A stretch of DNA of 64,000 nt. Source: Nitrospiraceae bacterium. Lineage in GTDB: Bacteria > Nitrospirota > Nitrospiria > Nitrospirales > Nitrospiraceae. Under the pieces are notes generated by a model. The model did not search any database and was not told the origin of the DNA. It saw only the letters and a program-made list of their open reading frames with translations. This document shows, piece by piece, positions 10,255 through 21,282 of the stretch (position 1 is its first letter; every line of letters begins with the position of its first letter). Where the stretch lies: contig JBFWWG010000008.1 of the NCBI GenBank assembly GCA_050246315.1, positions 131,609 to 195,608 on the forward strand, given 5' to 3'. Both the position numbers and the translations under genes were made by a program.

Positions 10255-11133
10255 CTACGGAACCGGCTTGATCTCTGAGGCCGGTACGTTCGCAAGCTCC
10301 GGCTTTTCGATCAAGGTATATCCGTATCTCCGCCGTTCATACCAGGTGGTGACGGCACTGCGCAGGCCGGTCCAGCGGCGCTCCAGCCAATTGCCGCGCA
10401 CGGTCCGCTTCCATTTGGCCGTGAAATGCGCCAGGTTGGCGGTCGGATACCCCGATCCCTGTTTCTTCTTGATCGCATCCTGCGTCACCATGCTGAAGTG
10501 GTGGATCAAGACCGAACCGGTCAGGGCGGCCTGCCATCCGGCCTCACGGGCGCGCCAGAGAAAATCCACATCCTCGCAACCGCCGTAGGTGAAGGCTTCG
10601 TCAAACAGACCGATCCGCTCGAAAACCCGGCGGTCGATCACCATGCAGGCTCCGTAGAGTTCTCGTCGGATGGCCTCGGCGCAACAACGGGTAAATTCCG
10701 CGGCGTACCGATCCAAATCATAATCAAGCAGCCCCTCCCGAGCAGATGGGGACACGATGCCGTAGCCGCCGCGTTGCATGAACGCCAGCAAACCCTTCAA
10801 CCAGCCCGGCGTTACCACGATATCGTTGTTGAGAATGCCGATGACTCGGCCGGCGGCGGCTTTGACTCCCTGGTTCCAGGCTTTGGCGCAGCCCAGATTG
10901 CGTTCGTTGCTGATGACCCGCACCGAGACCGTCTTCAGATAGTCGCGCGTCCCGTCCGTCGAGGCATTGTCCACGACGATCACCTCGAAGGGGACGTCGG
11001 TCCATTGCATGATCGAATCCAGACACCGGCGTGTGTAGTCGAGTTGATTGTAGACCGGTATCACCAGACTGGTCAGGAAAGCGGCGCCCTCGTCAGGAGC
11101 CGGCCGATCCGCGGTCTGCGGGACGAGGGTCAC
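10255..11133 (-). CDS. Glycosyltransferase family 2
   Basis: SLVIPVYNQ, VIVVDNASTDGT, LNNDIVV, EDVDF. Confidence 0.9.
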   Translation of the reverse strand: MTLVPQTADRPAPDEGAAFLTSLVIPVYNQLDYTRRCLDSIMQWTDVPFEVIVVDNASTDGTRDYLKTVSVRVISNERNLGCAKAWNQGVKAAAGRVIGILNNDIVVTPGWLKGLLAFMQRGGYGIVSPSAREGLLDYDLDRYAAEFTRCCAEAIRRELYGACMVIDRRVFERIGLFDEAFTYGGCEDVDFLWRAREAGWQAALTGSVLIHHFSMVTQDAIKKKQGSGYPTANLAHFTAKWKRTVRGNWLERRWTGLRSAVTTWYERRRYGYTLIEKPELANVPASEIKPVP

Positions 11134-12275
11134 AGCGGCGCTCCGATGGAAGACGGCGCCACCGGTCCTCGGACCAGCCCGGCATAGACCGCCGACAGGC
11201 GGTTCATCATCGCTTCCACGGTAAATTGCCGCATCACCCGCTGCCTGCCCTTCCGTCCCATCTCCTTGCGACCGTCAGGGTCTTTGAGCAGGGCCGTGAC
11301 CGCCCGCGCCAGTTCGCCGATATCCCCCGGCGGCACCAACCATCCGGTCTCCCCGTTCACCACGATGTCGGGCAAGCCTCCGGTCCGGGACGCCACCACC
11401 GCCTTTTCCCTGGCCATGGCTTCCAGCACCGCAATGCCGAATCCCTCCATGAGGGAGGGCTGCACGTACAGATTCATGGCATCGAGCAGGGTACGAACCT
11501 GTCGCTCGAATCCAAGGAAATGGACGCGGGCGGTCAGGCCCAGTTCGCGACACAAGCGCCGGAGGCTTTGCTCGTGCGCTCCATCACCTTGTCCAAGGAC
11601 CAGGTAATGGACATTCGGCACTGCGGTCAGGATCTCTGGCAGCGCGCGCAGCATGATGTCATAGCCTTTCCGCGGAAAGATGTTGCCCACGGTGCCGATC
11701 ACCACGGCATGGTCGGCAATCCCCAGCCGACGCCGCACGTCGGATCGGGCTCCCTCCCCTTCAGCGTCCGTCCAACAGCCGTCGAGTCCGCTGTGCAACA
11801 CGTGGATACGCTCCCGTGGTACACCACCCGCCTCCAACGTGCCGGCCACCTGGTTGGACACCGCCAACACACAATTCAGTCGAGCCAGTTCATACTGGGC
11901 GACCTTCGACACATCCAGGTCTTGTCTCAAATGCGCCGCCACCGGAACTCGGGGGGTGCCGAGGGCGCGCAACGTTTGCGGAACCCACCAAAGGTCATTG
12001 ACATGGACCAGAGCCGGCTTGAGGTCGCCGATGAGAAGTCGCAACAGGCGAACCGCCGGCTTGCGGCGAGGAAGGCTCCACAGCTTTCTCCATGGTGGAA
12101 AATCGACGCCATGAACCGGGATGCCGCGCTGCTTCAGCTCGGTCGCGAGGGGGCTCGGTTCCGGGCAGGCGACGACCGGCGCATGGCCGAATGCTCCCAG
12201 GTGATCGACATAGGCGAGCAGCTCCCGCTCTGCCCCGCCAATCTCGCCGATGCCGTGGACGAACAGGATCTTCAT
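11130..12275 (-). CDS. Glycosyltransferase family 4
   Basis: GGAERE N-terminus, PRKGYD, EGFGIAVLEAMA, GGLPDIV. Confidence 0.9.
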   Translation of the reverse strand: MKILFVHGIGEIGGAERELLAYVDHLGAFGHAPVVACPEPSPLATELKQRGIPVHGVDFPPWRKLWSLPRRKPAVRLLRLLIGDLKPALVHVNDLWWVPQTLRALGTPRVPVAAHLRQDLDVSKVAQYELARLNCVLAVSNQVAGTLEAGGVPRERIHVLHSGLDGCWTDAEGEGARSDVRRRLGIADHAVVIGTVGNIFPRKGYDIMLRALPEILTAVPNVHYLVLGQGDGAHEQSLRRLCRELGLTARVHFLGFERQVRTLLDAMNLYVQPSLMEGFGIAVLEAMAREKAVVASRTGGLPDIVVNGETGWLVPPGDIGELARAVTALLKDPDGRKEMGRKGRQRVMRQFTVEAMMNRLSAVYAGLVRGPVAPSSIGAPL

Positions 12276-12318
12276 CGTCTTTCAACTCCGAACGGCGGGG
12301 AAAAGCAGACGGGAGATT

Positions 12319-12933
12319 TCACGGTTGAGGAGCTCCATAGCGCCGGATAAAAGTGGCCAGGTCGGACGACATCAGCAGCGGCAGCGCCTCCTCAATTTTC
12401 GCTAGGGGCCAATCCCACCAGGCAATCGCCAACAGCGCATTGATCGTATCCTGATCAAATCGATACTTCACGATGCGAGCCGGTGAACCGACCACAATCG
12501 CATAGGGGGGCACATCCTTGGTCACGACACTTCTGGCCGCGACCACCGCACCGTTTCCGACCGTCACTCCGGACAAAATCAGCGCATCGACTCCCACCCA
12601 GACATCATGACCAATCTCAACATCGCCTTTGGATCGAGAAGGAAACGGCAACCCACGATCCGGACCAAAGATGCTTTGAAAGGGGTAGGTCGAAATCCAA
12701 TCCGTTCGATGGTTGCACCCGGTGAGGATGGTGACTCCGGAGGCGAATGCACAGAACCGTCCGACCTTCAGGGTCGTTCCATCGTCACCACGCGGCACGC
12801 GAGGGTGGCCGTAAGTCCACTCCCCGATCGAGAATCCCTTGTAATCGGGATGATTGATCATGAACGTTTGGGACGGGCGCGCCGTTCTCAAGCCGACCTT
12901 TTCCAACCAATGCTTCAGCTTTCCCATGACCAC
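12319..12933 (-). CDS. CatB/Vat-related hexapeptide-repeat O-acetyltransferase
   Basis: KVGRFCAFA, HRTDWISTYPF, IGHDVWVG, VVTKDVPPYAIVVGSPA, LAIAWWDW. Confidence 0.85.
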   Translation of the reverse strand: MVMGKLKHWLEKVGLRTARPSQTFMINHPDYKGFSIGEWTYGHPRVPRGDDGTTLKVGRFCAFASGVTILTGCNHRTDWISTYPFQSIFGPDRGLPFPSRSKGDVEIGHDVWVGVDALILSGVTVGNGAVVAARSVVTKDVPPYAIVVGSPARIVKYRFDQDTINALLAIAWWDWPLAKIEEALPLLMSSDLATFIRRYGAPQP

Positions 12934-12988
12934 TCACTCGTGCTCACGCACCAGCCGAGCAGCCCGGCTCATCAGAAGATGGAGCGGG

Positions 12989-14074
12989 CTACACATGTTG
13001 ACGGCATAGAGCGAGAAAGTACTCCGCCCGTCGCTCACAGGTATGAAACCGCAGGAGATGTCGATGTCCTTGGAGCGCCAGTGCTTCCCGTGCGGCGTCA
13101 TCCTGCAGGTATGTCCGCACGAGATCGACCAAATCGCTCAGGTCCGGCCGACAAAACAGCGCGTGCTTGCCGTGTTCGAAATTATTCGGGATACAGATGT
13201 CCGGTTGCTCGGACACCAGCACCGCCTTCGACGCCGGAATCTCCCAATACCGGAGCGTATCGAACCCGCCGCCGCGGATCGACAAGGCCATTTTAGACCG
13301 TCCGAGCAGGCGATGATACTCTCGGAATGTCAACCGGGTCCCGCGTTGCGACATCGTCACCCGAGGATCTCCCCTCAACTTGACCAGGAGACGAGAAAAC
13401 CCAGTCGTGAGTTTCGACTGACGGTCTGTCGGTTCCGCATACAGGCCGCCTTCGCATCGTAGGCCGTCGGCCGCTTTCAACAGATTCCATGCACGAAGGC
13501 GTTTCGCGTGAGACGCTCGCGCGGCATACGAAACATCGACGTCGCGGGGGCCCTCCTCCGGCGCCGGCGCCGCATCGGGAATCACCGAGAAGGGCAGCGG
13601 GAAGGTGCGATGAAACAGGTCCTGACCGGCTCTAAACGCCTGCCACTGTTCGAGGCGCTTCCTGAGTCCAACGCCCGCCTGCCATCGGAACTCCCGCTTA
13701 AAGTATGCGCGACAACCGAATCGCTTCACGAGATCGTGGCGGATGCCGGCATCATCCTCGCCGTCGATCAGCACACAGGGCGGCAGCCGTATGTGGCGAT
13801 CGATTCGGTCGAGCATCGATCCGGCGGCGGCGCGAGGAGACGACAGGACGAGGAGGTCCACATTTCCGTCGCGAAGCAGGGTGACGATCTCGTCTTCGCC
13901 GTAGGCTCGCCCGGGTATTTGAGGCAGATACTCCAATCGGTGGTCTGGATCGTGATACACGCGCTTCCATGGGTAGTCAATCACCTGCTCCCCTCCCAAT
14001 ACCCGGCAGAGTCCCAGATACATCTGGTCGGCAAGATAATCGGGAGCGGGATCGGAGAGGTACAGAATGTTCAT
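12989..14074 (-). CDS. Putative glycosyltransferase (CgeB/Glyco_trans_1_2-like C-terminal domain)
   Basis: C-terminal SKMALSIRGGGFDTLRYWEIPA...FHTCERRA pattern. Start at MNILYLSD chosen. Confidence 0.65.
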   Translation of the reverse strand: MNILYLSDPAPDYLADQMYLGLCRVLGGEQVIDYPWKRVYHDPDHRLEYLPQIPGRAYGEDEIVTLLRDGNVDLLVLSSPRAAAGSMLDRIDRHIRLPPCVLIDGEDDAGIRHDLVKRFGCRAYFKREFRWQAGVGLRKRLEQWQAFRAGQDLFHRTFPLPFSVIPDAAPAPEEGPRDVDVSYAARASHAKRLRAWNLLKAADGLRCEGGLYAEPTDRQSKLTTGFSRLLVKLRGDPRVTMSQRGTRLTFREYHRLLGRSKMALSIRGGGFDTLRYWEIPASKAVLVSEQPDICIPNNFEHGKHALFCRPDLSDLVDLVRTYLQDDAAREALALQGHRHLLRFHTCERRAEYFLALCRQHV

Positions 14075-14123
14075 GCCGCGAGCGCCATCCTCGCACGGGA
14101 CCACGTACTGCGCCCGGGAAGAG

Positions 14124-14618
14124 TCAGCGGGCTCCGGCCTTGTTCACACGAAGCGTGACGTTCATGTTATCGACCACATTCCACAGGTAGCGGCGGCATC
14201 GCTTCTGGAGATAGGCTGGCAGCCAGCGAAACGGTTTGCGTACATCATAAGAAATCCGCTCGATTCGGAAATCGGTCCGAATCCCGTAGTCAGTCGGCGG
14301 CTCGAAATATTGAAACGTGTCCTCCGTGATGAACCGGACATGGGTGGGATCGCGAAAGGCTCCCCGGGACGTATAGTAGGGCACGACGATTTCCACCGTA
14401 CCGCCGGGCCGGCAAATGCGAGACACCTCCTCCATCAGCCCGATCAGATCGCGCACATGCTCGATCACATGGCGAAGCCACACCACATCGACCGAATCGG
14501 CCTTGAAAGGGAGCTGGCGCTCAATATCCGCAACGACATGGATGCCCGATTCCTTCCGGACATCGATACCCCAGGCCCCCTCGACCTTGTTCTTTCCGCA
14601 CCCGAGATCCAATATCAC
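14124..14618 (-). CDS. Methyltransferase type 11 domain protein
   Basis: ILDLGCGKNK, HVIEHV, RICRPGG, DPTHVR. GTG start at 14618 chosen to avoid a long overlap. Confidence 0.8.
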   Translation of the reverse strand: MILDLGCGKNKVEGAWGIDVRKESGIHVVADIERQLPFKADSVDVVWLRHVIEHVRDLIGLMEEVSRICRPGGTVEIVVPYYTSRGAFRDPTHVRFITEDTFQYFEPPTDYGIRTDFRIERISYDVRKPFRWLPAYLQKRCRRYLWNVVDNMNVTLRVNKAGAR

Positions 14619-14667
14619 CGCCCTTGTCGCCCCCTCCCTCGCTCCCGCCACTCGCCGGCGGGCTGTC

Positions 14668-15375
14668 TTATCGGTGGCCGGTCGTCGCGTACCGTCCAAA
14701 CACCTGAATGCCGTTGTGCCACCCGACATCTCGTCTGGGGGAGAGCAGGTCGAACAGCAATGTCCAATCAGGATGCTCGAGGAGCCATTTTTCATTGGCG
14801 CTCCTCGCCTCGCTACCGTTGACTCCTTCCTCGAAGGGATTGGTATCATCCACCACAATCAGGCTCTCCGCCGCCATGTGGGCCAGCCCCAACTCTAATC
14901 CCTCATACTGATCCTGAAAGGAATGCCCACCATCATAAAAATAGACTCCGACAGTCTTGGAGAAGTTCGGCAAAATGGTCCGGAAATCCCCCTCGAGAAA
15001 ACTGACGCGATGCGTCCTCGATGCATTGCGGAGCACCCGGTTCAGAGAACGGCGAGGCTCCGGCTCGGAGAAAGGCCGATACCATTTGGGCCGTTTGGTG
15101 AACTGGGAGAAATTGTCCACGGCAAAGAATTCCTTATCCGCGTTGCCCTCCATGGCGTAACTCAGGGTACGCCCCTTCCACGTGCCGACTTCCAGATAGC
15201 ATTCCCGCTCCTCCATCAGCGACACGGCATAGTTCAGGAGAAACCCGGTGTTCTCGGTGGCCATGCCCACTTGGCTGTCGGTGATGGGCTTCAACTTCCG
15301 ATTCTTGGGAAACGTCGGCTCTTCGAAGTTCTCCCAGTGTTCTCGGATGGTTTCTATGAAACGTCGGACATTCAT
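14668..15375 (-). CDS. Class I SAM-dependent methyltransferase (Methyltransf_24-like)
   Basis: YLEVGTWKGRT, YFYDGGHS, LIVVDDTN, WHNGI. Confidence 0.75.
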   Translation of the reverse strand: MNVRRFIETIREHWENFEEPTFPKNRKLKPITDSQVGMATENTGFLLNYAVSLMEERECYLEVGTWKGRTLSYAMEGNADKEFFAVDNFSQFTKRPKWYRPFSEPEPRRSLNRVLRNASRTHRVSFLEGDFRTILPNFSKTVGVYFYDGGHSFQDQYEGLELGLAHMAAESLIVVDDTNPFEEGVNGSEARSANEKWLLEHPDWTLLFDLLSPRRDVGWHNGIQVFGRYATTGHR

Positions 15376-17681
15376 GCCCAGTTCTCCTGCTCACGAACCA
15401 TGATGGATTGCACCTGAGATGTTTGGACAGGCAACAACCGTCGAGCCGCCTCGAACACTTCGTCCACCGTGATTTGTCTCATGCAACTTTGCTCGCCGCG
15501 TGTGCAGGTGGGGTGGTAGCAGAGCCGGCAATCCAACCCCTTGTAAAGGGTCGCCACCTCTGCCGTCCCGTACGGAGCCCATTCCGCCGGAGAAGACGGC
15601 CCGAAGAGCCCGAGGACCGGCGTCCCGACCGCTGCGGCCAGATGCATCGAGCCGTTGTCGTTGCCGATATAGAGGGCACATCGCTTGACGATGGCGGCAA
15701 ACTGCCTCAAATTGACCAGCCCCGTCAAATTGATGGGACGGCGGTGCGATCGGTCTTGGATCTCAGCCGCCGCGGCCTTTTCGCTTGGGCCGCCGCCGAT
15801 CAAGACTCGACAACCGGCTTCAGAAGCGAGCCGGTCGGCCAACTGGGCAAACCGCTCAGCCGGCCAGGCCTTGAACCAGTATCGAGCCCCAGGATGGAAC
15901 ATGATCAGGGGCCGGCCATCCCGCAGAATTCCGAATTCTTGGAGCGTTCGCCTTCCCTGCTCCTCTTCCTCCGCTGTCAGCCACACCATCGGAGGTTCGG
16001 GCTTGGACGTAATCCCAAGCGGCGCCAGCAGCGCCATGTCCCGGCTGATCCGATGGGTCCCTTCCGGAAGCGAGGCAACCTCGTGCGTATAGGCCAGCCA
16101 GCCTCGCCAACGGCGTGGTTCCCGAAACCCGATGCGGATCGGAATGCGGCTCAATAGGCAGGTAAACTCGGCCCGATCATTGCCGGTGAGATCGATCACG
16201 CAGTCGAAACCGCGCTTCCGTACTTCGTGATAAAAGTACGCCTGAGAACCGAATCGGCTCCGATCGACCAAGAGCACCTCCGCCACATCCGGGTTGTGTC
16301 GCAACACATCTTCCGTTCCGGGATACACCGCGACGGTCAGCTGGCTGTCGGGGAACGCTTGGCGCAGAGCGCGCACAATCGGTGTCGCGAGCAACACATC
16401 GCCGATGTATCGCAGCTTCAGGAGCAGGATGTTCCGGACTGAGATCGGACGCGGGATCAGAACTGGCCCGACGGCACGATCCGGTTCAAGCAAGGGTTGC
16501 GACGGAGGGGCCTCGGCCAACTGGCCACTGTGGGTCGCGGTCCCTCCGGAGGAACAGAACCCGGACGCACGGCTCTGAGAACAGAGTTCCTGGTAGACAC
16601 GCATGACCTGTCGGGCCGCATCCTCCCAACTGAAGAGAGTGGTCCGCTCAAATCCTTTCGCGATGAGCGTGTCCCGCAAGGCACGATCCTCCAGCACCTG
16701 CACCATGGCTTGCCCCAATTGAGCGGGATCTTCCGGATTCACCAACAGGGCGGCGTCCCCCGCCACTTCAGGTAAGGACGAGCGGTCGGAAGTCACCACC
16801 GGCGCCCCGCAGGCCATCGCCTCCAACACCGGCATGCCGAATCCTTCATACAGCGACGGAAAAACGAACAGATCCGCATGGGAGTAGAGCAGGCGAAGCT
16901 CGGCACCTGAGACCCTTCCTGGACAGATGACGCGGTCCGCCAGCCCGACAGCTCTCGCACTCTCCAGATAATTCCCGAACCGATGGACGGGATCTCCAAC
17001 CAGGACCAGCTTGCGCCGTCCCAGGCGCGCTACCTGTTCCCCCGCCGCCTGAAGAAACATACGGTGATTTTTCCGCGGGTCCGCCCCTCCAACAAACAGC
17101 ACGAAGCCCTCATCGGGCGAGAGTTTCAGTTTCTCGCGCAGACTCGCCACCGCCGCTGGATCGCGTAGTGGACGGAACTCCTCCGAAATGCCGCAATAGA
17201 CCACCTCGATCCGCTCAGGCGGCAGACCGTAGAGTTCGGTGATTTCCCTCGCCGAGAACTTCGAGATCGTTAGGACCCTACGCGCGCGCCAGACCGCTCG
17301 CCTCGTCCGTGAGGCCGCGCTGCGCTGACCAAATACGCGCGTCGAATACTCCGGATGACGATCCAGCCATCCATCATAGATCGTAACCAGCCCCCCATGC
17401 CGTCCGACTGTTTGGAGGCGAAAATTTGTTCCGTGATAGAGATCGAGCCGGTCCCGTTGCGCCAAGTACTTGATGGCCCACCGGGGAGTCTCGCACCAAC
17501 GTACCCGTGGATCGACAGCCCAGGCATCGAGCTTATCGGGATGGAACGAACCGCGATCAACGTAACAGACCAACTCGAAGTCGTCGGTCAAGCGCACGAG
17601 CCCCCGGAGCAAGTAATAGACATACCAGCCGACCCCTCCCCGGTCCCGCACCGCCGGCGTGGCATAGATTCCGATCCTCAC
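15372..17681 (-). CDS. Fusion of a GT4 glycosyltransferase and a GT9 heptosyltransferase (RfaQ/WaaF-like)
   Basis: N-half [21 protein letters not shown]. About 45-aa linker. C-half [54 protein letters not shown] start overlaps the upstream stop. Confidence 0.85.
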   Translation of the reverse strand: MRIGIYATPAVRDRGGVGWYVYYLLRGLVRLTDDFELVCYVDRGSFHPDKLDAWAVDPRVRWCETPRWAIKYLAQRDRLDLYHGTNFRLQTVGRHGGLVTIYDGWLDRHPEYSTRVFGQRSAASRTRRAVWRARRVLTISKFSAREITELYGLPPERIEVVYCGISEEFRPLRDPAAVASLREKLKLSPDEGFVLFVGGADPRKNHRMFLQAAGEQVARLGRRKLVLVGDPVHRFGNYLESARAVGLADRVICPGRVSGAELRLLYSHADLFVFPSLYEGFGMPVLEAMACGAPVVTSDRSSLPEVAGDAALLVNPEDPAQLGQAMVQVLEDRALRDTLIAKGFERTTLFSWEDAARQVMRVYQELCSQSRASGFCSSGGTATHSGQLAEAPPSQPLLEPDRAVGPVLIPRPISVRNILLLKLRYIGDVLLATPIVRALRQAFPDSQLTVAVYPGTEDVLRHNPDVAEVLLVDRSRFGSQAYFYHEVRKRGFDCVIDLTGNDRAEFTCLLSRIPIRIGFREPRRWRGWLAYTHEVASLPEGTHRISRDMALLAPLGITSKPEPPMVWLTAEEEEQGRRTLQEFGILRDGRPLIMFHPGARYWFKAWPAERFAQLADRLASEAGCRVLIGGGPSEKAAAAEIQDRSHRRPINLTGLVNLRQFAAIVKRCALYIGNDNGSMHLAAAVGTPVLGLFGPSSPAEWAPYGTAEVATLYKGLDCRLCYHPTCTRGEQSCMRQITVDEVFEAARRLLPVQTSQVQSIMVREQENWA

Positions 17682-18478
17682 CGCTCCCCTCCGTCGCCGG
17701 CCGCGATCGATTCCCACGCCTTGGCATATTTCAGGAAGGTGAACATGCCGGCAAACATCGCCACGACAACCCCAGGTACCCCTTCCCGCCAGCCGCCGCG
17801 CAGGAGGTACGTCTTGGCGATCGTGCCGAGGTGATGGCCGGCAATCTGCATCGCCGTCACGCGCGAGCGGCGTTTGAGTTTCTCTGCGGCGCCGAGTGTG
17901 GAATAGGCGACGATCTTTCGCGCGTGGTGGCCGACCGTCGGCATCGTGTGGTGGTCCATCGGATTCGCAAGCCGGAGGACGCGCCCCTGGCAGAGAAGTC
18001 GCTCATGCAGTTTCGTATCGTCGTACCGGCAGGCGGAGCGCCGGATGAGGCGAATTTGATAGTCGGGGTACATGCCTCCGCCCTGCATCCAGCGGCCATA
18101 GAAGAAATTGCGTCTGGGGACCTCGAAGGCCGCTACGTCCGATGGGACATCCGCAGCAAGCGCCGCCTTGATTTCGTGCGCGAGCGCATCCGGCACCCGT
18201 TCGTCGGCATCGACGATCATGATCCACTCGTGGCTCGCCTGTTCGATCCCGAAATTTTTCTGCGGCCCGTACCCGGGCCACGAGCGAACGAACACCCGGG
18301 CGCCGGCCTGCACCGCGAGTTCCACGGTCCGGTCCGCACTCTGGGCATCCACCACGATCCGCTCGTCCGCCCATTGAACGGACTCCAAGCAGTCCACAAT
18401 ATTGTGTCCTTCGTTCTTGGCGATGATTAGAGCGGTGATCGCCCCAGCCGGTTTACCCTCGAAACCCACGGTGTGCAA
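17678..18478 (-). CDS. Glycosyltransferase family 2 (KdtX/WaaE-like LPS core)
   Basis: IIAKNEGHNI, SADRT, GYGPQKNF, IVDADER, YPDYQIRL, LHER. Confidence 0.85.
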   Translation of the reverse strand: MHTVGFEGKPAGAITALIIAKNEGHNIVDCLESVQWADERIVVDAQSADRTVELAVQAGARVFVRSWPGYGPQKNFGIEQASHEWIMIVDADERVPDALAHEIKAALAADVPSDVAAFEVPRRNFFYGRWMQGGGMYPDYQIRLIRRSACRYDDTKLHERLLCQGRVLRLANPMDHHTMPTVGHHARKIVAYSTLGAAEKLKRRSRVTAMQIAGHHLGTIAKTYLLRGGWREGVPGVVVAMFAGMFTFLKYAKAWESIAAGDGGER

Positions 18479-19298
18479 TCTCCCGGTAAAAACGCCAGTT
18501 GAGCCACCGATTGACGCGCGGCTTCAGGCGGCGCGCCGCGGTCACTCGATCCCGCATCACCGCCGGATGGCGACCGCGGAAGTCCTTGAGGATGTCATAG
18601 TTCTCGAACTCCGCAGCCTCCGACGTGAACCAGCGAGTCTCCGATGGCGGAGGCGCATCCCCGTGATAGACGGATGTCTGCTCGCGTTTCTTCGCCGTCA
18701 TCGTCATGGGGGACTTGACCCAGCCGTAATGGAAAACCAGCGCCCCCGACGAGGCGAGCCATTCTGGAGGCCCGCTTTGCAAATAGCGTTGCGTCGACTT
18801 CTCGTGAAAGCCGACCGCATCGCCGCAGGATTCGACCTCGCCGTTATTGCGGATGACCCGGACCGCCTTATGGTAGTACCAGGGATTCAGCGACCAGTAG
18901 TCGCCGACGAAATGCAGGTACCGAAAGAGAAGCCCCTTCACCGCAGGGTTGTTCACGTGCCGGGCCATGGAACGGGCGATGACCGGCAGATCGTCTTCAT
19001 GAATTACCTCGTCAGCCTGGAGATAGAACGCCCAGTCTCCCCGGCAATGAGATAAGGCGATATTCGTCTGCTGAGAATAGATGAGCCCGCCTTGCCGCAA
19101 TGTCTCGTCCCATACCGAGTCGATGATCCGAATCTTTGGATCCTTGATGGAGGCGATCAACTCACGGGTGCCGTCGTCGCACCGGCCGATGTTGACGATG
19201 AATTCATCGACGATCGGCAGGATGGACCGGATGGACTCCGTCACCGGATAGTCATATTTGACCGCATTCCGGCAGAATGTAAACCCGCTGACTTTCAT
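18453..19298 (-). CDS. Glycosyltransferase family 2 (paralog of 5551-6390)
   Basis: MKVSGFTFCRNA...CRGDWAFYLQADEV...VFHYGW. Confidence 0.8.
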   Translation of the reverse strand: MKVSGFTFCRNAVKYDYPVTESIRSILPIVDEFIVNIGRCDDGTRELIASIKDPKIRIIDSVWDETLRQGGLIYSQQTNIALSHCRGDWAFYLQADEVIHEDDLPVIARSMARHVNNPAVKGLLFRYLHFVGDYWSLNPWYYHKAVRVIRNNGEVESCGDAVGFHEKSTQRYLQSGPPEWLASSGALVFHYGWVKSPMTMTAKKREQTSVYHGDAPPPSETRWFTSEAAEFENYDILKDFRGRHPAVMRDRVTAARRLKPRVNRWLNWRFYREIAHRGFRG

Positions 19299-19393
19299 CG
19301 TTGCTGCCCCACGAAACCGAGGCCGAAGTTGCGGGAAAGATCAAAGATCGCCAGGATCGCCACGGACATGCCCCTCTGACCACAACTTAAACT

Positions 19394-20167
19394 TTAACGT
19401 GAGATTTTCCCTTGAAGTTCCCAAAACTTGGCATATTTCATAAATGTGTAATAGCCGTACAAGCCGGAGAGGATGAGCCCCGGCATCCCATCCCGCCAGC
19501 CACTTCGTCCGACGTACATTTTCAGAAAGGTAAAGAGCGGATGACTGACCAGTTGGTGCGGATGGAACCGACGTCCCTGTTCAACCATTCGTTTGGCCAT
19601 CAAATCTGAATACCGATCCATCTTGGCCAGGTAGTGATCAATATTGCGGAATGGATATTGGAGGATCGCATGGGCGAAATATCCCGCCGTCCCCATGATG
19701 TCGAACCCTTCGTGCACGACGTCGCTCTCGCGGTACCGGACGCTGCCCTTGCGGAACAGTTGCGGCTGTCGATAGTCGGGATAGAAGCCGCAGTGCCGGA
19801 TCCACCGGCCCAGAAAATAATTCTTGCGCGGAATGAAATAGGCATCGGCCCGACCAAAGACGACCGTGTGGCGCACCTCCTCACACACCTCCGGCGTGGC
19901 GCGCTCGTCCGTATCCAGGCTGAAGATCCAGTCGTGCGAGGCGTGCGCGGTGGCCTCATTCCTGAGTCGCCCGAACCCTCGAAACTCGTGCTGAAAGATC
20001 CGGTCGGTGAACTCCTTGGCGATCACCGCGGTCCGGTCCGTGCTGAAGGAATCCACCACCACGATCTCGTCCGCCCAGGTCACCGATTCCAGACACGCGC
20101 GCATGTTCGGCTCGTCGTTATAAGCCATGATGACGGCCGACACCTTCGGCGGCACGACGTCCATCAT
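19394..20167 (-). CDS. Glycosyltransferase family 2 (KdtX/WaaE-like LPS core)
   Basis: VVDSFSTDRT, GFGRLRN, LDTDER, YPDYRQ, VHEG. Confidence 0.85.
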   Translation of the reverse strand: MMDVVPPKVSAVIMAYNDEPNMRACLESVTWADEIVVVDSFSTDRTAVIAKEFTDRIFQHEFRGFGRLRNEATAHASHDWIFSLDTDERATPEVCEEVRHTVVFGRADAYFIPRKNYFLGRWIRHCGFYPDYRQPQLFRKGSVRYRESDVVHEGFDIMGTAGYFAHAILQYPFRNIDHYLAKMDRYSDLMAKRMVEQGRRFHPHQLVSHPLFTFLKMYVGRSGWRDGMPGLILSGLYGYYTFMKYAKFWELQGKISR

Positions 20168-21282
20168 ACCCTGCCAGCGGCACGCTCGGCCGCGCGGCGG
20201 TACACCCGCTCGAGCTCATCCAGCATCCGATCCAGCGAATAGTGTCGCTCGACCAGGGAGCGTCCCGCCGCACCCATCCTGGCCCGCAGGTCGCCGTCGT
20301 TCAACAAGAGACGGATCCGTTCGGCCAATGCCGCGGCGTCGCGGGGCCGCACGACGAATCCGGTTTCCCCGTTTCTCACGACGTCCGGGATGGAGCCCAC
20401 CGTCGTCGAGACGACCGGCAGACCGACCGCCATAGCCTGCATGAGCACCTGGGGAATCGTGTCCCCCTCCACGGATGGAATGACGAAGACATCGAGCGAG
20501 TGAAACACGTTCAACAGGTCGTCCCGATAGCCCAACATGCGCACCGAATCGCCGACCCCTTGCTCTTGGATGCGCGCCCGGAGTCTCGCCTCTTCCGGCC
20601 CCTGCCCAACCACCACGAAGGTCACATCCCGATCGCGGGCCGCGACACGGGCGGCCGCGTCGATGAAATACTCGTGTCCTTTATAGGAGCGCAGATAAGA
20701 AATCAACCCGACCAGCAGGTGCGTCCGTGGGAGCCCCAACTCCTCCCGGAGATTCTTCGTGGCCGTTCCAGGCTTGAAGACCCCGATGTCGATGCCGATC
20801 GGGAACGCCACGACCCTGTCCGACGCAAGCCCATCCCGCTCAATCAATGCGCGGCGGGTCAATTCTCCACCGGTGACGATGACGAGGTCGACCAACCGCT
20901 GATAGAGCAGCCTCGTAGTCAGATTGCGGTTCAGCGGGGTTGAAATGTGTCTGGTCCTGATGACCGGCGGGCGAGGCGTCACCATCCGGGCGGCCAGCGA
21001 TCCGATCCAACTGTCCCGCGAGCTGTTGACGTGCACGATGACCGGCCGTTCTTGCGCCACCAACCGGCGGAGCGTCAGGATTGCCGAGGGATAGCACCAC
21101 CGCCTCATGCAGAGGCCCACAACCGGAATGCCCTCCCGCTTGGCCATGTCCATGATCGGACTGCCGGGCTCCAGGATCATCGTGACCTGATGTCCGCGCT
21201 TTCGCAATCCGTCCGCATGGAGGACGACGGCCAGTTCCTGCCCGCCGACCGTCGTGCTCGATTCGAGGATAAACAGTTTCAT
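20164..21282 (-). CDS. Glycosyltransferase family 4
   Basis: VGGQE, KGHEYF, DVFVIPS, PVVSTTVGSIPDVV. ATGA overlap with the upstream gene. Confidence 0.85.
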   Translation of the reverse strand: MKLFILESSTTVGGQELAVVLHADGLRKRGHQVTMILEPGSPIMDMAKREGIPVVGLCMRRWCYPSAILTLRRLVAQERPVIVHVNSSRDSWIGSLAARMVTPRPPVIRTRHISTPLNRNLTTRLLYQRLVDLVIVTGGELTRRALIERDGLASDRVVAFPIGIDIGVFKPGTATKNLREELGLPRTHLLVGLISYLRSYKGHEYFIDAAARVAARDRDVTFVVVGQGPEEARLRARIQEQGVGDSVRMLGYRDDLLNVFHSLDVFVIPSVEGDTIPQVLMQAMAVGLPVVSTTVGSIPDVVRNGETGFVVRPRDAAALAERIRLLLNDGDLRARMGAAGRSLVERHYSLDRMLDELERVYRRAAERAAGRV

